64,000 nt of DNA, from assembly GCA_013265495.1 (NCBI GenBank), contig MU058384.1, positions 2,827,010 through 2,891,009 on the forward strand, read 5' to 3'. Shown here piece by piece: positions 24,735 through 36,600 of the stretch. Each line of letters opens with the position of its first letter. Position 1 is the stretch's first letter. The notes under the pieces were generated by a model that worked only from the letters and a program-made list of their open reading frames with translations, did no database searches and had not been told where the DNA came from. Made by a program: the position numbers and the translations under genes. Source of the DNA: Vicugna vicugna. Lineage: Eukaryota.

Positions 24735-24985
24735 TAACTGTTTACTGTGCGTCTGTGCTATGTAGCAGGCCCTGTGCTAGACACTTGTGATGAAATAGAT
24801 CATTTAATCTTTACAACAACTTTGCAAAGAGTTATTTCCAGCTCCCTACTTAAAACCGAAAAAATACGTAGCTCAGAAAGGTAAAGTGACTTGTCTGAGA
24901 GCAGATAATTAGTAAAAAGTTGAGCTGAGATTTGATACGGAGAAATCTGACTCTTAACTTCACAGTATTTCCATCCCTCTAAATT
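24735..24985 (-). mobile_element. MIR SINE
   Basis: 'atttaatctttacaacaac...gctcagaaaggtaaagtgacttgtc'. Confidence 0.75.
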
Positions 24986-25354
24986 GCCTCCTTAAAATTC
25001 ACAGCTTGGCTCTTTTACTTACAAATTAGGATCATCAGTAACTATAGAAATGTAGTTGATGACAAATCTTACCTTAAATCAAACATTTAGAAATTTTAGA
25101 CCAAGAGGCTAAAATGTATCTGTATTTGGTATAAATGTATACAAAGAGTATGTAAAGAAATGACTACAGATTGATCTTTTTAGATCAATGTGGCTTGAAA
25201 ATACGTGGGCCCCAGAAGAGGATTAGGAAAAATATTTGGAGTCATAACGGTAAAAATAAGAAAATGTCAGACTTATGTTTTTTACCAATTTTTTTTTATT
25301 GAGAAGGGACTGGCAGTTAATATCAGATATATTCTGATCCTTGGAAAGGTGGCT

Positions 25355-25790
25355 GTGGCAAAAACTAGTAGTTGTCCTCCCAAATCCATTCTCTAGCTTT
25401 AGGAAGGATATGTGGTTACCCAGTTGAAGTTTCAGTTTCACAGCCTTCCTTGCAGACAGGTGTGGCCATTTGAACTTGGTCCTGGCCAGCGGGCTGTGAG
25501 TGGAGGGGTTCACTCTGCTCTTAGAGGGCAGGGGGTGCCCTTGCCTGCCCTGTACCCCTTCCTTTGGTTGGGAAGCTGAATCAGCCACTGTAGCCCTTCA
25601 GATGGAAACCAGTTGTTGAGGATGAAAGAGTCACAAAAAGAAAAGACTCAAGATTGTGCGGCCACCTCACTAGTCTGTATCGCCAACCTGCCTTTTTAAG
25701 CTGGAGAGACATAAACAGTCTATGCTTTAAAAGCCACTGTTATTTTGCCTCATTGTTATTGTAGCCAAACTGGCATTCCGGTTAATAAAC
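25355..25790 (+). mobile_element. MaLR LTR (MLT1I/J-like)
   Basis: 'cagccttccttgcagacaggtgtggccat...aagccactgttatttt...tgtagccaaac'. Confidence 0.7.
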
Positions 25791-28115
25791 TATATTCTAA
25801 CAAATAACTCAAGAGAACCCCTCATTCCTAAATCTTCTGAAAAAAATTCTCTCTATAGAATTATCTACTCTATTTCAGTGTTCCCTTTGTGGCCCAGTTG
25901 CTACCAATAAGGAGAGATCTTTAAATACTGGGGGCCCTTCATTTCCTTGGTTCCTATCCTCTCATCAGGAACAGGCTACCTAGGGGACCCTGGCTTCTCA
26001 TGCTCCCTTAGGAGCATCGGAACTGGGTCTGGAAACTCTAGCTCATTTCTGTTCAGTGTAGGACACAAGCGATTGTGAAAGTGAAGCCACTGTGAGGGTG
26101 ATCTGATACTTATTAGTGATTTTGTTTAAGACCAAACAGTCCAAAAAGTGAGTGGAAATTTCTGCCAAGATCTGACCTATAAAAGCCTTTTGAAAGCTGG
26201 GCAGGGTGTGGATCAGGGGTTTCTCAGACTTGCCTGAGGTTTCTAGAGATAGTACATTGGCAGCTCCTGGAAGAGATGGGGGAGGGGGGTGTTAGAACCA
26301 GAATTCCCCTCTAGTCCCCTTTTCTAAAATAGGGTTTAGAGAAGATGTGGGAGGAGTCCCCCTAAACCACCGAGAAGTCTCAGTTGTAAAACTGATGACT
26401 TATTGATGAGCACATGGGGTCAACTTCAAGTTCTATAATCCATTTCAGTGAAGAGGAAAAGTGAAAGGGCATTTACCCAATTTCTGCCGATATTCTAACA
26501 GGCTATTGTCCTCAGTGAAACTACTAGGAAAATTATTGCAGCGTTTAAAGCAGAGCTAGTTTCAGGTAGGATCAGGAATGGAAGACAAGTCTCTTGAATT
26601 CCTTGCTTTCGCTTCATGGATGCCATACAGAACACAGGGGACCAGCCTGACATAACAGATACTCGAGTTAGCAGGGGTGAGATGCAGGAGCTGGGGAGAC
26701 CACTTGAACACATCAGGCAGTGCCAGAAAGACGGACCTGATTACTGGTAAACATCTCCCCTGGAAATGGAGATATTAGAGTTGTTATTATTATTATTATT
26801 ATTGCATAGGGTAAGAAAGAAAAGTGAGAAGAAGGGGAAAATCATGGGTCTCATTAAATAAAAAAAGGTCAGTAATGACTATTGGGAGGGAATTATGTTG
26901 CAAGGAGAGAGGAGTATCAATTCCATTATTCTTTGTACCTAATAGAAGAAGTCTGTTCATCAAATTGAAAAAGCAAAAGGCCCCATGGGTGAATATTCAA
27001 GTAATGTCATCACATAGTGTCTCCAAGTGCTGGGCAGATCTAGGTGAAGAAAACCAAACAGATATGATGGTCCCTGCCTTGAAAATAAAACCCTAGGAAG
27101 GCAGCAGTGACCTAGATTGAGGAAAGCTATCATGCTCTAAGCATTTATTTTCAACATTGTTGCTTTGCTATCACCCCAGAGAAGTTTCTGCTGCCCTGGA
27201 CTTGCCTTGAGTTAAGCTACAATTCAGCAACATATGGGGTTTTCTCTGATAGTAGAAAAACAAGTTATGCAAGAAGAGGCAATTTTAATAGAAAGTGACT
27301 ATGGGCATCCTAAGAGAACCTCTGCATAGCTTTATTTTTATTTAATTGGCAGGATGTCACTGGTAGGAAAAATGGACATTCTGGAACAAATCAGTTCGAG
27401 CAATTCCCATAGGTAGTTTCAAGCCAAATTCTCATCTTACGGCACAAGAAAAACACTGTAATTCTCTGTACGTTTCCCTCAGGACGTTTATTGGCGTGAG
27501 GCGATGCTGATACAAGCTGGCCTCCAGACTAAGGTTAATACACAGTCCCGCTGGCCAGCCTTTTTTTTTCTTGGCAGACCGAAGTCTTCTGGTGTCTCAG
27601 GCTAAATACTAAGGGAGTGCCCAAGGCCAGAATTATTTGCAATAAGGGGAAAGTTAGTGCCTCCACTGAGCTCATGACTCAAGGTCATGAAACCAAACTC
27701 TGACACATAGCAATCACAAACTGAGAAAAAATACAGACTACTGAATGGGGGGATGTGGGTAACTCAGCCAGGCCTTAACAAAAACAGCGTCTGGAAACAG
27801 ATGGCATAAAAGATGACAAATATCTGGCACAAATGGGCTTAATTAAGAACGGTAGAGGCTTTAACTTAGTTTCTAAAGCCAAGGAAGTCCAGTGCTTCAG
27901 GGAATATGCAGATCTCAGTGTGTGTGGACAGCTCACCAGGGATATTCGTAAATGTGGATTTAACGGACTATCCCTCATGTTTCGCTTCATTGTGGTCTTT
28001 ACCATGACTTCCCTAAGAAGGAAACAGAGTATGTAAAATAGGTCTTATGTATGAATATGACTCAAGAGCTTTCAGGTACATCTATAGGCCTCACTTTGTG
28101 ATCTTATATACTTTT

Positions 28116-28252
28116 ATTTTGACTTTTTTGAGGGGGGAAGGTAATTAGGTTTATTTATTTTATTATTATTTTGTAATGGAGGTACTGGGGATCGAACCCA
28201 GGACCTTGTGTGTGCTAAGCAAGCACTCTACCACTGAGCTATACACCCTCCC
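28116..28252 (-). mobile_element. tRNA-derived camelid SINE (Vic-type)
   Basis: Antisense A/B-box head 'gtactggggatcgaacccagg...ctctaccactgagctata'; TSD tcttatatacttt (28102-) / tctcatatacttt (28253-). Confidence 0.9.
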
Positions 28253-29299
28253 TCTCATATACTTTTAAAATAAAAATGCACTGATTATTATCTAAAAGTT
28301 GCTGATCTTATCTTCCATCTTAAAAAACTATCTTCAACCTATGAACCCAAGAAGTACGTATGATGGAGAAAGAAATTTCTCAAAATTTAAGAGATTGTAA
28401 AATAATAGAGCAAGATTTTCCAGAAGCCTTTTTTTTCTTGGCCCTGTTGACTTGTACTCTATGAATCACACCTACAGGCCCAGGGTAAGACCAGGCACTA
28501 GGTAGATGCCGGTGTGTTTTGTAAGAGAGGAGGAGATACACAAGAATTTAAGGTTTTTATTAGAACAAAAAGTAGAAATAATCTATACTTAGGTTTGCCC
28601 TGTTCAACTTAATATTCTAGTATCATTTTCTTTAATATTTTAATTTATTGAAATTCTAAGTAATTCACTTGATTAGGGAATCCTCCTTGGGAGTCCTGGG
28701 GTCTGACTCTGTCATGGAATCAACATGGGAAAGTGGTTTCCAGAGTGAACTTTATGAACTTCTAGTTCCCTTTTCTGTAAAATGCTTTTGTTTTTGAAGA
28801 TCACATCAGATAATATTTATGAAAGTACATTGAAACTATAAAGCACTGTACAAATGAAATGTACTATTTTATAAAATTATTGTTCTTTGCTCACAGAATC
28901 ATGACTCAGTTGTCCTGAGAACTAATTGGCTTTTCTGTTTTACCAAAAACAAGGGAAAAATCAACAATAACAAACTTTGTCTCTTCTCACTGACTTGTAA
29001 AGAGTTCTGCTGTAGGTCAAGGGATTTAAAGCTAGCCCAGCAATTAGCTTTCTTTTCCCTTTTCCTGAAAGGCAGGATTTTATGCAAAGTCATCTCCTGA
29101 CAGTTTCCTGTCCTTGCTAGTAACTACAACTGCAATTTGATTAAGAGCCTTGATCCCTATAAATAATCCTTTCTTGCAAAAAGGCAGCATAAAATTTGGC
29201 TATCAAATAAACATCTTTTGTTCATCTAGATAATAAAAAGGAACAATCATATTCTTACATTTCTTTGAACAGAGAAAGATCTAAATACTTCAAGTCAAA

Positions 29300-29650
29300 T
29301 GTTTAAAAGACAAAGACAGAATGGCATAAAATATTTAGACTTTATCTGATAGATAAAGGATTAAGTTAGTTTATAAAAGAGCCTATTAAATAAAAAAAAA
29401 AAGACAAGCCAAAATAAAAGTGACCATATAACATAAACATACAATTCCTAGAAGTGAAATAAGTGATTAATAAACATATACATTTAAAACAATCAATAAA
29501 GTATATTTTCATCTGACAAATAGTCTACAATTAAAAAGACTGATAACATGCAGTGCTAATAAAAATATGGGGAAATAAACATACTCATATATTATTAGCT
29601 GGGAGTATAAATTACTTAAATCTTTTTGGAAAGAATCTACGGACCGCAGT
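29300..29650 (+). mobile_element. Ancient L1ME-like fragment
   Basis: 'attaaaaagactgataaca...actcatatattattagctgggagtataaatt'. Confidence 0.65.
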
Positions 29651-29689
29651 AACTTTAAATACTAGTGTCAGAAAGGATGATTGCCCATC

Positions 29690-30085
29690 TTCATTCACTT
29701 ATTCATGAGACCAATATTTCTCACGTGCTTGCCCTATGCCCGGGGTGCAGAAGTGAACAAGATAGAAATACATCTCCGCTCTTGTGGAGTTCACAGTTTA
29801 TTGGGAGAAAGACAGACAATAGGCATTATAAATAAGTAAACTGCATAGTATGTAAGAAAGTGATGTATACAGTAGAAAGAAAAAAACAGTAGAGTGAGGA
29901 AAATCTGCAATACTGAGATGGGGGTATGGGTGGCCATTTTAAATCGGGGGTCAGTGTAGTTCTGGACTGAGAAAGTTAAATTTGAGCAAATACTTGAAGG
30001 AAGTGAGGGAGTGGCTATTTGGATGTAGACAGGAAGAAAATTCAAGGCATAGGAAACAGCCTGTGTAAACATAAACACACATAAA
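29690..30085 (-). mobile_element. L2 LINE 3' fragment
   Basis: 'cattcacttattca...ctcttgtggagttcacagt...tttgagcaaatacttgaaggaagtgaggga'. Confidence 0.75.
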
Positions 30086-30114
30086 TAGAAAAATGAATAA
30101 AGAAGTGGTTGACT

Positions 30115-30470
30115 ATAAAAAGCTGAACTCATAAAAACAGAGTAACATGGTGTTATCAAGGGCAGGGGGTTGGGAAATAAGACAGAATGTTGTTTAAGAG
30201 TACAAGCTTGCAACTAGGAGGTAAATGAGTCCTGGGGTTCTAAGGCACAGCGTAACGATGATAAATAATACTATATTATAAACATCAAAATTCCTAAGAG
30301 ATTAGATCTCAGTTATTCCCACCCCAGAAAAGAAATGATAATTACAAAATGTGATAGAGGTCATGATGCACTGGCCATCATATTGCAATATGCAAATGTA
30401 TCAGATCAACACATTGCACCCTTTAAACTTACACAATGTTGAATGTTGTATATATTTCAGTTAAAAAATA
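30115..30470 (+). mobile_element. L1 3' UTR fragment (L1MA/L1MB-like)
   Basis: 'aactcataaaaacagagt...agatctcagttattcccacc...aaacttacacaatgtt' followed by an A-rich end. Confidence 0.75.
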
Positions 30471-30477
30471 TGAAAGA

Positions 30478-31835
30478 GTCCTGGAAGAAAATCTAGGCAG
30501 AACACTCTTTGAAGGAAACTGTAGTGATATATTTTTGGATCTGTCTTTTAAGGCAAAGGAAATAAAAGCAAAAAAAACCCCCAAAAAACCCCAAGTGGGA
30601 CCTAATTAGACGTAAAGGCTTTTGCACAGCAAAGGAAACCATCCACAAAATGAAAGGACCACCTACTGAATGGAAGAAAATATTTGCTCAAGATATGACC
30701 GATAAGGGACTAATATCCAACATATATAAACAGCTCATACAACTCAACATCAAAAATACAAACAACCCAATTAAAAAATGGTCAGAAGACCCGAATAGAC
30801 GTTTTTCCAAAGACAAACAGATGACCAACAGGCACATGAAAAGATGCTCAACATCGTTAACCATAAGAGAAATGCAAATTAAAACCATAATGAGGTGGGG
30901 AGGTTATAGTTCATTGGTAGAGTGCATGCTTTGCACACACAAGGTTTTGGGTTCAATCCCTAGTACCTCTACTTGAAAAATAAATAAATAAACTTAATTA
31001 CCTCCCCTGAAAAATTAATTTAAAAGGCAATAAAATTAATAAAGTCAACTTTACAAAAAAAAAAAAAACCCACCACAATGAGATATCACCTCACACTTGT
31101 CAGAATGGCTATCACCAAAAAGACCACAAAGAACAAATGTTGGCGAGGATGTGTTGGTGGGAATGTAAATTGGTGCAACCACTGTGGAAAATAGAATAGA
31201 GGTTTCTCAAAAAACTAAAAATAGAACTACTGTATGACGCAGAATTTCCACTCCTGGGGATATGTCCAAAAAAGCTAAAAATGCTAATTTGAGAAGCAAC
31301 ATGCTCCCCGATGTTCATAACAGCATTATTTACAAATTGCCAAGATATGGAAGCCACCTTAGTGTCCACCAACAGATGAATGGGTAAAAGACATGTGGTA
31401 TATACAAAGTGGAATACTCAGCCATAGAAAAGAAGAAATTTTGCCATTTGCAGCAACATGGATGGACTTGGAGGGCATTATGCTAAGTGAAATAAGTCAG
31501 ACAGAGAAAGACAAATTCTGTACGATACAACACATGCAGAATCTAAAATATACAACAAACTAGTGGATATAACAAAAAGGAAACTGACTCACAGATACAG
31601 AGAACAAACCCGTGGTCACCAGTGGGTTGAGGGGCAAGACAGGGTAGGGGATTAAGAGGTACAAAGTATTATGTATAAAATAAATAAGCTACAAGGATAT
31701 GTTGTACAACACAGGGAATATAGCCAATATTTTATAACTATAAATGGACTATAACCTTAAAAATTGTGACTCACTATGTTGTACACCTGAAACTTATATA
31801 ATATTGTACATCAACTATATCTCAATTTTTAAAAC
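30478..31835 (+). mobile_element. 5'-truncated L1: ORF2 C-terminus remnant plus 3' UTR
   Basis: ORF 30650-30894 reads PTEWKKIFA...[12 protein letters not shown]...[19 protein letters not shown] (L1 ORF2 C-terminal region); 3' UTR 'gcaacatggatggacttggagggcattatgctaagtgaaataagtcagacagagaaagac'. Confidence 0.95.
30895..31071 (+). mobile_element. tRNA-derived camelid SINE (Vic-type) inserted in L1 ORF2
   Basis: tRNA-like head 'tatagttcattggtagagtgc...gggttcaatccc'; A tail; TSD accataatgag (30884-30894) / accacaatgag (31072-31082). Confidence 0.9.
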
Positions 31836-32552
31836 AAGCTGACTCTGGAAAAAATAGGAAAAAAGAACGGATGGAGATGACTCCTTTCTTGCTCAAGGTT
31901 TATAGTTTCCTTTCTGCTGATTTTCTTCATTCACACATTCAACTAATAGGATGTATAATGCTAACACCTGAGAGATTGTGCTGACTTTGCCAATTATCAG
32001 AAAGATATCTTTTGGCTTATCACACCTGCTCACAGAGTCTGGAGATTCTGACGAGTGATTTATTCGTTTTTTCCATAAAATCACCCATCAGTCCATACAG
32101 ATCCGCCTGGACAGCAGCCTGAGAGGCATCAGTGAATCCGCTTCTCTTGTCTCCCTCCCAGTTTCCTTGGTGCCTTTCTCCTCCGCCTGCCCTCAGAGAC
32201 CTCCGCAGGCAGACCCCCAGCCAGAGATTCTGCTACTCCTGCGGGAGACTCCAGGTCCTTAATATTGTTCACTGAAGAACATTTACAAGGCCAAAAAAGT
32301 TATCTCTTGCCAGTGTGACCCACTTTCATTGCATTCAAGTTGTTGCATTAATTTTGTTCACAAAATGCTGTTACTCTATTCTGTCTAATCAGACCTCTGA
32401 TCATACAGTGGTGAGCTTCAAATCTGACAACATCACAGGGGATTTTTTCTGTATTCCTTTTATAGCTCTTCTGACAATTTCTCATACTTCTTTTAAAAAT
32501 ACCTTTTTTTTGAGGTTAACCATACTTTTAAGTGTAGAGTTTGATAAATTTT

Positions 32553-33653
32553 TTTATTTAAATTTTATTTTTTATTGAAGTATAATTGACATATATTAGT
32601 TTCAGGTGTACAACATAATGATTTGATATTTCTAGACATTGTGAAATGATCACCACTAGAATTCTAGTTAACATCTGTCAACTTACACAGTTCCAAAAAT
32701 TTTTTTCTTATAATAAGAACTTTTTAAGATTTACTTTTTAAAGCAAATTTCAAATATGTAATACAGTATTATTAACTGTAGTCACCAGGCTGTACATTAT
32801 ATCCCCATGACTTGTTTATTTTATAACTGAAAGTTTGTACCTTTTGACCCTCTCCTTTACTTGTTTCTGTCCCCCCACCCCGCCCCCACCAGTTTCTGGC
32901 AACCACCAACCTCTTCTCTTTATCTGTGAGCTTGGTTTTNNNNNNNNNNNNNNNNNNNNNNNNNNNNNNNNNNNNNNNNNNNNNNNNNNNNNNNNNNNNN
33001 NNNNNNNNNNNNNNNNNNNNNNNNNNNNNNNNNNNNNNNNNNNNNNNNNNNNNNNNNNNNNNNNNNNNNNNNNNNNNNNNNNNNNNNNNNNNNNNNNNNN
33101 NNNNNNNNNNNNATTTATCTGAATAATATTCCATGTTCTGTATATGCCAAAATTTACTCATTCCTCTGTTAATGGACACTTAGGTTGCTTCCACATCTTG
33201 GCTATTGTAGATAATGCTGCAATGAACATGGCAGTGCTTTAATCCTTTCAAATTAGTGTTTTTGTTTTCTTCAGATAAATAGCCAGCAGTGGAATTGCTG
33301 GATTATACGATAATTCTCTTTTTAATTTTTTGAGGAACCTCCATACTGTTTTCTACAGTGGATGCACCAATTTTCATTCCCACCAACAGTGCACAAGAGT
33401 TTCTTTTCTCCTCCACATCTTCACCAACACATCTTATTTCTCGTCTTCTTTGATATTAGCCATTCTAACAGGTGTGAGGTGGTATCTCATTGTAGTTTTA
33501 TTGCATTTCCCCAATGGTTAGTGATGTTGAGCACCTTTCTCATGTACCTGTTGGCCATCCATATGTCTTCTTTGGAAAAGTATCTTTTTAGATCCTCGCC
33601 CATTTTTAAATCAGAGTCTTTGTTTTTTTTTTTGCCATTGAGTTGTATGAGTT
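32553..33653 (-). mobile_element. 5'-truncated L1 (L1MA9-like) containing the assembly gap
   Basis: Antisense L1 3' UTR and ORF2 end ('ttgaggaacctccatactgttttc', 'gccattctaacaggtgtgaggtggtatctcattgt'). Confidence 0.9.
32940..33112. other. Assembly gap (173 N)
   Basis: Run of n characters. Confidence 1.
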
Positions 33654-34460
33654 CTTTTAAGTGTATATAGTTTGATGAATTTTAAATTATGGATGTACCC
33701 ATTTAACTATCACCCTGAAAGAGATACAGAAGATTTCCAACATCCCAGAAGCCTCTCTTGTACCTTTTTTCCATCAGTAACTGCACCCTACGTAGCCACT
33801 ATTCTGCCTTCTACCAGCATAGATTAATTTTTGACTGTTCTTGGACTGCAGCACATAAATGATGTCAGTTGGCAGATGTTCTCCTATGTCTGGTTTCTTT
33901 CACCCAACATTGTGCTGGTGAGATGCATCCACGTTGTATTGTAGGTACCAGAAGTTTTTTCCTCTTTAGTTATCGTGTTGTATTCTGTTGTATAAACATA
34001 CCGATATTTACTTGTTTCATTATTGGTAGACATTTTGGGGGGTTAGTTTTTGGCAATTGTATATAAAACTACTATAAACATTGTACATATCCTCCTGTGA
34101 ATATATACATTTTCCCTCTTAGGCAGGAGGCAGCACACTTTTTCCGTAAAGGGTGTAAAATACTTTAAGATTTGCAAGTCATATGGTTTCTGTTGGAAAT
34201 ACTTAATCATGCTGTTGTTGCGCAAAAGCAGCCCTACACAATGCGTAAGCAAATACATATGGCTGGGTTTCAATAAAACTTTATTTACAAAGACCAGATT
34301 TGGCCTGCAAATCACAGCTAGTTGAACCTGGCCCTGCTCCTAGGTATATGTCTAAGATTGGAAATGCCGAGTGTTGGGATAGTCGTATGTTAATTATGTT
34401 TTATCATTTTCCAAAGTGGCTGAGCACCAGCAATGGGTGAGAATTCCACATCTTTATGAA
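33654..34460 (-). mobile_element. Older L1 (L1MC/L1ME-like) 3' region hosting younger insertions
   Basis: 'atttccaacatcccagaagcctctcttg...ccatagattaatt...gagatgcatcca'; resumes after the MER58 with 'ggtatatgtctaagattggaaatgc'. Confidence 0.7.
34124..34336 (+). mobile_element. MER58A-like hAT-Charlie MITE
   Basis: 'ttccgtaaaggg...caataaaactttatttacaaa...gatttggcctgc'; 8-bp TSD ctcttagg (34116-34123) / ctcctagg (34337-34344). Confidence 0.85.
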
Positions 34461-36599
34461 CATTCCTCAAATTTCTTCAAATTCCTGAAAACATTGTATT
34501 TTCTCTCATTTGTACATTAGTATCCTTATAATGATAATCATTATAACTTTAAACTATCATATAGCTTTTTCTTCTACAGGAAGTCACTACAGTAACTACC
34601 TATCATTAACACCTCTATCCTTGCAAAGGAGTATCAGTGATCCCTCAATCTGTGCTTTTCTGCCCTTTAATTTGATGGGGGAGAAAGGTGCTGTTTGGCA
34701 GTTGGGAGACCTAATTGAGCTGCTCTCTGACTTTAGTAAGCTCACTTCTGTGCCTCACTTTCCTAATCTGTAAAAATGAGCCTGTAAAAATGGGTTTTTC
34801 TCTGGGTTTTTAAAATGACAAACAAAATAATAGATGAATAAAATTAATGATAGGAAAATGATTACAATGCAGTAAATGAAAAAACTTATGTTATAAAATA
34901 GTATATGTAATACAACAAGTTTCTACTGTATAGCACAGGGAACTACATTCAATATCTTGCAGTAACCTACAACGGAAAAGAACATGAAAACACATATACG
35001 TGTATACATATGACTGAAGCATTCTGCTATGCACCAGAAATTGACACAACATTGTAAACTGACTACACTTCAATAAAAATAAAATAAAATAGTATATCTA
35101 GCATGATCCTAAGCTAAGGAGTGAGGGCAGCAACATGTGCTTAAAGGCATAGAAAAAAATGCCTGAAGACTATTTTCCAAAATGTTTAGAGTGACAAATT
35201 TGGGGAAATGATCCGTATTGGTTATTTAATTTCCTTCTTGACATTTTAAAATCTTTCCCAGAATTCCCATATTAAACATGAATTACCTACTTCATTAGAA
35301 AAAAAAGTTAATTTTTAAAAGTCCACAGTGTGACGGCCTCTATTTCCCCTTGTGGGGTTACCTCACCTCTGCTCTTTCTCAATCCTTGGTTGAATAAATC
35401 AGAAACTCAATCTAACGACAGAAATAAATAGCACATTAGGAAGGAAGAAATTAGGGTAATGAACATTCCTAAACCGAGGGAGGCCGCTGTCTTTAGTTAT
35501 GTGAAAGGTGATTTTAATGATTTTCTCTTAACACTTAGGGCTTTTGAAATATTATTATTACATTGTGTCAGGGTTTAGCAGTGAAAAGAAATGAAGAAAA
35601 GCTGTCTCAACATTGCCTAGAAGGTATATGTGAAGTCACTCTAAATTCCTCTTGGTTTTGTTGTAAACCTGTCACTCTTCTAAAAAAACAAAGTCTTTGG
35701 AAAAAAATTGCCTGGAAGCAGGTGACAGAAGCAGTTTGCTTTGATGGTGGTCTGGTGCTCATTCACTGCTCCTCAGAGGCCAGACAGGGGAGGAAGGCAT
35801 GAGGAACTTTGCTGTAGGAGGCAGGGGCCTGTCTTAAAATCAATTTCTGCAGAGGATGTGACCTTGGACATCAAGGATGTAGAAGTGTCCTGGGCAGGCT
35901 AATTGGCACCCAAAATAGAATCCAACTCAAACTGAACATGGACATGAACTTGGAGGGAGAGTGCCAGGATGTGGACAAGCTTGACTTTATAAAGTGATTG
36001 ATAGCTCTCTCCTTTATTTAATATTTACAAAAAGAAATGCTACAATTCTCCTTCAGTTCGTGTTAAAGGTTGGAGATGTATATGGAGTATATTTTCCAGA
36101 ATCTATGCCTCTATTTTTTTTTTTTTACTTTAAATCTAATACAAGCTGTTTCATGGTGAAGTGTTGGCAAAAGTCCAGAACCTAGTACAGAACTGAAATG
36201 AAGGTTAAAAAGAAATGCTTCAAAGGGGACATCCAAATAAGTGGGAACTGCACCGGCACACGGGATTCAGCTCTCACAAGAGGCGGCCCTCAGCACCAGG
36301 TGTCACGTTTAATTGATAGTGCTTGTTCCTGACCTTGTGGGTGGCAGGAAGGAAGGGGAGTGACCGTGGCATTCACCGAAGGACAAGCTGTCCCATCCGC
36401 GGCACAGAAGCTCTGAATTCTTAGACGACTCGACCACTGACTTGTGGTGAAGGAGGGGATTTCCACTTTCAAAAATAGTACGACTTCTGTTAGGTTTGTG
36501 ATTGCCTTTTTGGGAAGTTTGTTATATTTAGAAGCTTTCTCCGCCCCCGCCCAGCCCCCTGCACATGATGGCTTTTAAAGTCCATCTGCAACATGACAT
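34357..36599 (+). repeat. Tandem duplication, copy 1 (2243 bp)
   Basis: Runs from attggaaatgccgag to catctgcaacatgacat; repeated at 36601; paired near-identical ORFs in the track. Confidence 0.98.
34907..35085 (+). mobile_element. Short L1 3' end (duplicated at ~37137-37315)
   Basis: 'ctactgtatagcacagggaacta...acaacattgtaaactgactacacttcaataaaaa'; flanking repeat ataaaatagtatat. Confidence 0.85.
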
Positions 36600-36600
36600 A

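Noticed and set aside
25170..25189. Hairpin ATTGATCT-TTTT-AGATCAAT
   Set aside because: An 8-bp AT-rich stem is expected by chance in 64 kb and is too short for a pre-miRNA.
30895..30975. tRNA gene
   Set aside because: The A/B-box head is followed by a SINE body, A tail and TSD, so it is a SINE, not a tRNA.
32772..33179. ORFs containing X runs
   Set aside because: Artefacts of translating through the N gap.
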